This document shows, one piece after another, positions 57,401 through 64,000 of a stretch of 64,000 bases of DNA (the stretch's first letter is position 1; every line of letters begins with the position of its first letter). The stretch covers positions 21,762,001 through 21,826,000 of the forward strand of contig JBHGNT010000001.1 in the NCBI GenBank assembly GCA_043228905.1, given 5' to 3'. A program made the position numbers and the translations under genes. Source of the DNA: Azolla caroliniana (Eukaryota > Plantae > Polypodiophyta). The notes beneath the pieces were generated by a model. It was not told the DNA's origin, did not search any database, and saw only the letters and a list, made by a program, of their open reading frames with translations.

Positions 57401-58496
57401 GTTGGGATGCTTTTACCCTCTGGGATATCGTCATTTCCCTCTCTAGGGATTCCTGCGCTTGTCGCAGTTCCCGGATCGCCGCTTGGTCCGGTTCGTCCGG
57501 CGTCGTAATGTACGGTTCTACTGCCGCCGTGATATCCACCTCAAATAGTGGGACGATTCATGGGTGTTCCTCGAGGTACCGCTCGACTTCCTCGTCTAGT
57601 AATCCCTCCAACATGTTGATGCTTTCCACATACAATGGAGTTGCTTCCTTACTGGCGATCACCCATGGTTGCGTCGTTACTCGTACCTTTGTTTTCCCTC
57701 GCTGGAATGTGATCATGTTCTTTTGCCAGTTCTGCTTGATATGCGCCGTTCGCAGCCATGGTCGTCCTAGCAGTAGGGTGTACGTGCCTTGTACATTCAG
57801 CTGCAGCACCACGGCCGATATCCGGAATACGTGGCCTCCGATCGTTACTTCCAAATCCCGGATAAGTCCGGTCGGTTGGACTGAGCTGGTATCTGCCATG
57901 CGTAACCAGAAGGGGCATGGTTCCCATTCCCGGATGCCCAGGTTATCGCATGTCTGTCGGCTGATGACATTTACCCTGGAGCCTCCGTCAATAATCGTTC
58001 CAGCAATTTCCTTTCCTTTCACGATTGCCGTGATCGCCAGGCTACTTGTATCGACCACCGCTGGTCCTTCCTCCGGGTTGGAGAAGAATGCCGGTGCTGG
58101 CGTCGGCTTCGGTTTGCTCACGGATGCCTGTAAGTCTGCCGTAAACCGTGGCACCAACTGTAGTAGCCGTGCTAACGGCAGCACGATTTGACAGTCCTGT
58201 AGCGCTTGCCACGTCGGGTTTTCTCCTGACTGTATGATTTCTTCGTCTTTTGGCATATTTTGGTCTCTGACTTCTGCCGCATTCTGTTCATTGGCCTCCT
58301 TGATCCATTGCGCCGTTTGTTTTCTGATTGCCTCCTGGGCTTCCCACTCGGCGGGCTTTCCCTTTGACCGGGTTGTGACCTGCTGTACTTCTGTTATTTC
58401 GGCTGTAACCATGTTGACTGCCGGCTGCTTGTCATTGGTTTTGCTTGGGCATTGGTTACTATAATGGCCTTCCTTACGGCAGTAATAACAGTACAC
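54401..58496 (-). pseudogene. G2 pol (CCHC, PR, RT, RNase H, IN) with few disablements
   Basis: IIDGGS, VFLDDF, FVDASD, WGLDFVGPF, SDQGGHF, NGLAE, RWTGPF. Confidence 0.95.
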
Positions 58497-60370
58497 CTTG
58501 TGATTGTTGCTCGTTTCTCCTTTGTCCCCGGTTTGCAGGGTGGGTATGCTTCGGCGGTCGTCTTCGGTTTTTCGGTTTTTCGGTTATCCGGTACCGATAC
58601 CGGGTTGTCATTCCTTGTTGCCTCCCGACGTTCCTCTCTTCGGAAAAATCCACGCTTCTGATTTCGTCGGAAATTTCGGTTCCCTTGTCGCCTCTCTTCT
58701 CTGCGTCGTTCGTATTCCGGGGATTCGTCTCGGTCGTACCGGTTCCGGGGGTAGTTATCTCTGCGTTTCTCCTCTCGGTCATAGTTATCGCGTCTTCTAC
58801 CAGCGTATCTGTTACCGCATTCACGTTGGTAGCGGTCGTCTCTCCGGAATCGATCCTCATCCGGGTTCTGATTGCGCGGTTCTATGTGTCGAACCGGTGC
58901 TGCTTGCCGATTTAACAGGTTATATTCGCATCGGTCCGTTGTATGGGCTCGAGAGTTGCAGATCATACATTGTGTCCGCAGGGTGCAGTCTACTGTTGAG
59001 TGGCCCGAATTTAGGCATGTTGTGCATTGTAAGGCCTGTCGGAACCTTAGGTCTTCCTCCTTCGGAAGTGCCCGGTGTAACATCCCCATCGACAAGAAGG
59101 AGCTAGTCTTGTCCATTTCTAAGACCCGATCAATAACTTGGTCCATTGTGCTGGTGTGGAAATCAAGGACTCCACACATTGTTCGAAGTGGCTCTTTCAG
59201 CGCGGCCAAAAAGACTGCTTTGGCTTCGTCTTCGGGTGGTGCTCTCGTCAGTTGGCTGTGCAGGGTCTGAAACCGAATGATGAATTGTGGCACAGTCTCG
59301 TTCTCTTCCTGTCGGGTGGTGTAAAACTGCCCGACCAATTCCCTTTGCTCAACTTGTCTGTGAAAAAACCTGAGGAATTTGGCCTTCAAGGCATCGAATG
59401 TGGCAAAGCTGCCCGGTAAGTGCTTTGCGTGCCATCGGGCCGCCGGTCCTTCTAAGGTCATGCCGAATTCGGCGACTTTGGATCGTTCGGCTTCGGGCTC
59501 CGTCAGTCTTTGGGAGACATGGTTGGCTTCCCATGTTTGGAGGAATGCGTACACGTGTGCCTCCGCGTCGGGCTCATCCCGGTACTTTGGGTATGGGTAC
59601 GGCATTGTGTCGTCCAACTGACTCTCCTGCTTTCTCCGCTCTCTGTCCGTTGTTGGCGTCGGTGTGAGAACCTTTGGTTCCTCCGTGGTTGGTGCCGGTG
59701 TCCGCTCCTTGAGTTCCTCCGCGGGTGTTGCCGGTGTCCGGTCCTTTGGTTCCTCCGCGGGTGTTGTCGGTATCCGCTCCTTCGGTTCCTTCATGGGTGT
59801 AGTCGGTATCCGCTCCTTCGGTTCCTTTGCGGGTGTAGTCGGTATCCCGTCAGCCTCCCTCAGCGATTGCCGGTCACCGAACTCCAAGGTTATTTCTTCC
59901 TCTGGCTCCGGTGTTACTGAGTCTTCCGACCCCTCTTCCCCCGGGTCGTTTGGTGTGTCGTGCCTACTTTTATACCAGGACGCAACGCTTCCGTCGCTTT
60001 CCGACTCCGCCTCAAGTGTTGCGAATGCTTCCGAGTCCCCGTCGCCCTCGGCGAGCGTCTGTAGTATCGTTTCCGCCTCTTGCAGGCTTGTTATGCTACT
60101 TCCTTCGTCGAGGACTTGTAGAACCTGGAACTGCAGTGCTTCTTCTGCGACTCTCCGAAGAGTTCTGGAGAATGACCGATCTCGCCGGATCTCGTCGACG
60201 GCTTGCTGCAGGGCTTCCCATCGTTGCTCTCGTTCGGTGTATCGTCTCCCTCGTTCGGTGATGTGGTCGTTGTTTAGTCTAGACATCCATCCCCCGGTTG
60301 TCCTCTGCACTTTGCAGGAATCGTGGTCGCCAAAATAGTGTTGTCTGCCTGGCCGGACTAGCCTCAACAC
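58394..60370 (-). CDS. G2 Gag (retrotransposon gag domain, two CCHC knuckles); true start likely downstream of the PBS (MSRLNN, ~60290)
   Basis: FGMTLEGPAARW…LKAKFL…QEENETVPQFIIRF; CTTCLNSGHSTVDC; CMICNSRAHTTDRC. Confidence 0.88.
   Translation of the reverse strand: MLRLVRPGRQHYFGDHDSCKVQRTTGGWMSRLNNDHITERGRRYTEREQRWEALQQAVDEIRRDRSFSRTLRRVAEEALQFQVLQVLDEGSSITSLQEAETILQTLAEGDGDSEAFATLEAESESDGSVASWYKSRHDTPNDPGEEGSEDSVTPEPEEEITLEFGDRQSLREADGIPTTPAKEPKERIPTTPMKEPKERIPTTPAEEPKDRTPATPAEELKERTPAPTTEEPKVLTPTPTTDRERRKQESQLDDTMPYPYPKYRDEPDAEAHVYAFLQTWEANHVSQRLTEPEAERSKVAEFGMTLEGPAARWHAKHLPGSFATFDALKAKFLRFFHRQVEQRELVGQFYTTRQEENETVPQFIIRFQTLHSQLTRAPPEDEAKAVFLAALKEPLRTMCGVLDFHTSTMDQVIDRVLEMDKTSSFLSMGMLHRALPKEEDLRFRQALQCTTCLNSGHSTVDCTLRTQCMICNSRAHTTDRCEYNLLNRQAAPVRHIEPRNQNPDEDRFRRDDRYQRECGNRYAGRRRDNYDREEKRRDNYPRNRYDRDESPEYERRREERRQGNRNFRRNQKRGFFRREERREATRNDNPVSVPDNRKTEKPKTTAEAYPPCKPGTKEKRATITRCTVITAVRKAIIVTNAQAKPMTSSRQSTWLQPK
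59640..59850 (-). repeat. 36-bp coding tandem repeat, about 6 copies (IPTTPAKEPKER)
   Basis: Visible in the DNA and in the Gag translation. Confidence 0.9.
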
Positions 60371-60729
60371 AGGTGTCTATCCGACACTTCTCCAAAGGGG
60401 TGGTAAGGATTGAATGCTAGGTTACACGCGTAAGATGATTACAATTAAGCACAGACGGTAAAACAATACAGAGATACAGATAAACACGCAATAATTCTAT
60501 TTGTATTACTTCCGTCAAAACGTTTACAAATCATCGGATCCTTTTATAGGCATCCGGCAAGGTTACAATCGGTGCGCTTAGGCAACCGGCATCCGAATCG
60601 GTCCGGATCCGGATCGGTACAACTGTACCGGATCCGTCCCTCCGAATAATAATTCTACTATTATTTACTTCCTATTATCCGATCCGACTCTGCCTTCCCA
60701 CTTGTCCTTGCTCTTCTGACCGGTCAACA
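60339..60729 (-). repeat. 5' LTR of G2
   Basis: Direct repeat of 50664..51054. Confidence 0.96.
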
Positions 60730-63700
60730 AAGTGGATGGTCGGAGGGTAGTTCAGGTGAAGCTCGTCCCGATCTCGGATCATGGAGTGCACCTGGCAGCT
60801 TTCGCAAGTCGTCACGAACCGATACACGTCCCGGTATAGTCCCGCCCACCAGTACTTCCCCTTTAGCTTTTCGAACGTGGCCCACGTTCCATGGTGTCCA
60901 GCCCACGGCCTATCGTGGTACGCCGCCAGCAAATCCTCCTGTTCCTACGTCTTCGCCACCACTCGGAGCGGGATGTCGTACCTCTTCTTCGGGTGCTTCC
61001 AGATGTATCCGTCCCGGAGAAAGAATCGGTAGGCTTTCTTCCGAATCCGGTTGGCCTCGTCTGTTGTCCACGTTGCGTCCGATGCCATTGTTTTCAGGAA
61101 CCCGCCGATCTACAGCCACTCCCCGTCATACTTGCTCTCGTCGAAGTCGTTAAGCGTCGAAGAGCATTCCCTATTGGTTGTCACGTAAGCCGCCTCGAAG
61201 AAGTCCACGCCAACTTCCTCGTCCTCTGACACCATGCCGCCATCGTTTTCAAACCTCGCCCTTGAAAGCATGTCGGCCATGGCGTTGTCTTTCCCGGAAA
61301 TGTGTCGTATTTCCGGATTCAGGGACTTGATGTACGCTATCCACCTGAGCATTGCCAGGTCCGGCGTCGCGCATCCGGAAACCATGCCAAAAATTGGCAG
61401 GCAGTCCGTCTCGATAATTACCTCTGCCCCAATCAGGTTGTCTTTATCGGCCTTTACCGCTGAAACGATACCCCAAAGCTCGCGTTTAACCTGGGCGTAT
61501 CCTCGTTGTCGCTCGCTGAGGACCTTCGCACCGAACCGGATCGGGGAACGCATGCCGTCCTCGTCCTCTTGGTTGACGACCCATCCGATCCCGGTCGGAC
61601 TCGTGTCTACCGTTAGGTAAATTGGAGTGCTCTTTCCGTAGACAGCCTTTCAGAGCGTCGGGGCCGCGGCAAGTGCTTCCTTCATCTTCCGGACAGACTC
61701 CATATGCTCGTCTCTCCACTCGAATCTTCGCCCCTTTTTTAGCGACCCGTATAACGGCTCCGCGACGTGAGCGTAATGCGGGATCCATATGTGGTAGAAC
61801 GCGCACACTCCCAAGAACCTCCGAACCTCCGTGACCGAGCTACAGTCGTTCTTCATCGCGGAGATGGCTTCTACCTTAGCCGGAGACGGTTTCCGGCCAT
61901 ACGGCCCGCATAGGTGTCCGACGACCATTATCTCTGATTGCCCGAAGGCCGATTTTCCCCCGGAGAAGGTGAGCCTCGCACCCTCCAACCTCTATAGCAC
62001 CTTCTCGCAGTCATCGATGTGCGTCGCCACGAATTTCCGGCACCCGTCCGGTCCGATCGTCTCGTCATTTTCCTCCACCGGGCATCCCTTGATCGGGACG
62101 TCGTCCAGAAATGGCATGGTGATGTCCGGGATACAATCCCTCAGCACCTTGTTCATTGCGTTCACCATGTGAGCCACCGAGTTCGTCCCTCCTTGCAGTA
62201 GGGTACACATCCGTACTAGACCAAGAGGAGTTCGCATTGTCGTGATGCCTCTGCTTTCTATGGCTAGCTGAAACTGATCGTACCCCGAGTAGAGATCACC
62301 GACCGAGTATATCGACCTTCCGGCGAAGGCCTCCGCGAACTCGTCTATTGTCGGTCTGATTCCTGCGTTTCGAATGGTCACCTTATTGACCGGCCGCAGG
62401 TCTTGAATAAAGCGCAGCGTGCCGTCCTTCTTCGGCACGGTAAACCACCGATTCGAGTACGGGGCACTCGACGGTTCGAGGATTCCCATCTCGACCTTCT
62501 GCTTTAACAACTCCATCAGCTTTGGGATGTGAGCTCTGGGTACTGGAATCGGTTTGAGACTCCACGGCACATGCGGTACTGTGAATATCACCATCGGTTC
62601 CACAACTGTCGGGTCTACGCACCCGATCTCCTCCGGTGAGAATGCGAAAGCCTTCTCGTGCCTTCTGAGCATTCCCCGAAACCGGTCCTCCTCCGCCGGC
62701 AGTAGGAAGCCGCCCCCACCGACCTTGAGCTCCCGTAGCGTTATGTCGGTGAACGTGTGTCCTATGCGGGCCGGATTTAGTAAACTCGGGTCCAACGCAA
62801 CCCCCTTTATTCGCAACTTGCTGCCCTCCGGCAAGGGAGCCGCGACTGGCCTCACCTTCCGGTCCACAGTCTTGTACCTCATGTCCACTCGGGCCGTTCG
62901 AACCGACTCGAACCCTCTCCTGAAGTCCGTGATGACTTCGTACATCCTTTCCGAACATACCGGAATCGTCCGGTCCTCTTTGAGGACTCCTCCGACTACC
63001 TCTCGCAGCTCCCCCAAGGTATCGTCGAAAGAGACCGCCTCCATGGCTCCGTTGATTTCCTCTCCGAGGCCGAGGATACCACATGCCCGAAGTCGCTCCT
63101 CCACCCTCTTCTTCTTCCGCCCAGCAACGTCAACTATCGTACACCCTCCGTTGTCGGAGAACCAAAATTTCCTACTTATAGTACAGGTCTTCTTCGCTAT
63201 CGTACACTTGTGGGGTTTTCCCGGAGTGTCTGGACTATCGCAGCCCCACGCCTTGATAGCCCTCTCTAAAAATCGTCTTGGCTTTCGCCCCCGAGGGTCT
63301 CGCGGTTCCGCTCATGGTTCGGTCTCACCGTCAGGAACTAGCTTGAGTGACGCCCATCCTGGCTCTTGACACTTGCATAGGCCGAGCCGTTGTCCAGCAC
63401 CTTGGTCTCCATCCGTGCTGCCGTGATGTACGGTTCTCCTAGTAAAACCGGATGTGAGGACGTCTCTTGCATGAAGAAGTGTTGGTCAATCTCGACATCG
63501 CCGATCTTTACTCGTACATTCGGGCAGGCTCCATGCAGTTCTTCGGTGCCACGCATCACTGCCCGTATCTTCCACCCGTGATTGGTGTTGATCGGCCATT
63601 TCCCCTTCTTGTAGAAGTCCATGGACATCAAATTGATTTCTGAACCGTGGTTCACCAACACCACCACCGGTTCATGAACATCTCCGATCTTCACGGGGGT

Positions 63701-63958
63701 CTCCGTAGTCGCCCTGGCCCAGTGCGGCCTCAAATAGTGGCTCTCCGCCAACTCGTCTTCCAGTGCCATGTCCTCTATGTGCGTCGTTCGCACCTCCACC
63801 GGCTTCTCCGGTTCTTCCTCTGTTGACAGCCTCTTCCTCTTCACCAAGTCTACGATGGAGTCGTGGAACTCCTTCTTGGCGATCCCAAGCACTTCCCTCA
63901 GCGACAATTCGACCTTGATGTCGAGGATTCGTTCTTCCAGGACCTTTCGCAGGTCCAT
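60730..63958 (-). pseudogene. G4 protease, RT, RNase H and integrase N-terminus
   Basis: VNHGSEIN, DLYSGYDQF, PFLDDVPIKG, ETDCLP…ADMLSR, GHHGTW…CESC. Confidence 0.93.
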
Positions 63959-64000
63959 GGTTCTTTCGATTTCTATGCCCAGCCGGTATCCGCCCCTCTT

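Larger units (their letters stand above)
50664..60729 (-). mobile_element. Full-length, recent non-chromovirus Ty3/gypsy element G2 with an extra ORF
   Basis: TSD AAGTG at 50659-50663 and 60730-60734. 391-bp LTRs with about 3 differences. PBS TGGCGACCACGA at 60321-60332 (minus). Confidence 0.97.
48950..64000 (-). mobile_element. Ty3/gypsy element G4 (hosts G2; continues beyond the window)
   Basis: LTR start TGTCATGAAG at 49636 after PPT GGTGGGGGCGGA. IN at 49715-50663 and 60730-61100; RH, RT and PR at 61110-63958. Confidence 0.9.

Noticed and set aside
57262-58191. Long plus-strand ORFs (also 27936, 43143, 59664, 62554)
   Set aside because: Antisense shadows of GC-rich gag/pol sequence with no independent motifs.

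Overview
The window is a eukaryotic, plant-type retrotransposon graveyard. A non-seed land plant is my inference from the element lineages. I found no host genes, RNA genes or CRISPR arrays. Essentially all 64 kb resolves into about 13 nested LTR retrotransposons or remnants, six of them bounded by target-site duplications (TSDs) readable in the sequence. They comprise three related Ty1/copia elements (A1, A2, A3), two copia of a second family (B1, B2), three Ty3/gypsy with a DHG-type protease and (F/I)LDD RT motif (G0, G3, G4) plus related pol-less remnants (X, Y), one deleted chromovirus, and two non-chromovirus gypsy elements (G1, G2) carrying a long extra sense ORF. Nesting is up to five deep (G0>G3>B2>G1>A2). 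The main candidate novelty is that G1 and G2 have no polypurine tract. Two nt upstream of the 3' LTR both carry a conserved tRNA-3'-end-like sequence ending in CCA (…CCCACGGGCGTGCCA), so G2 has inward-facing PBS-like sites at both LTRs, suggesting tRNA- or hairpin-primed plus-strand synthesis. Other leads are a conserved uncharacterised extra ORF, a co-varying stem enclosing the PPT in G3/G4/X, a gag-domain swap between A1 and A2, and strong CCGG enrichment. Element names are my own labels. All alignments and counts were done by eye.
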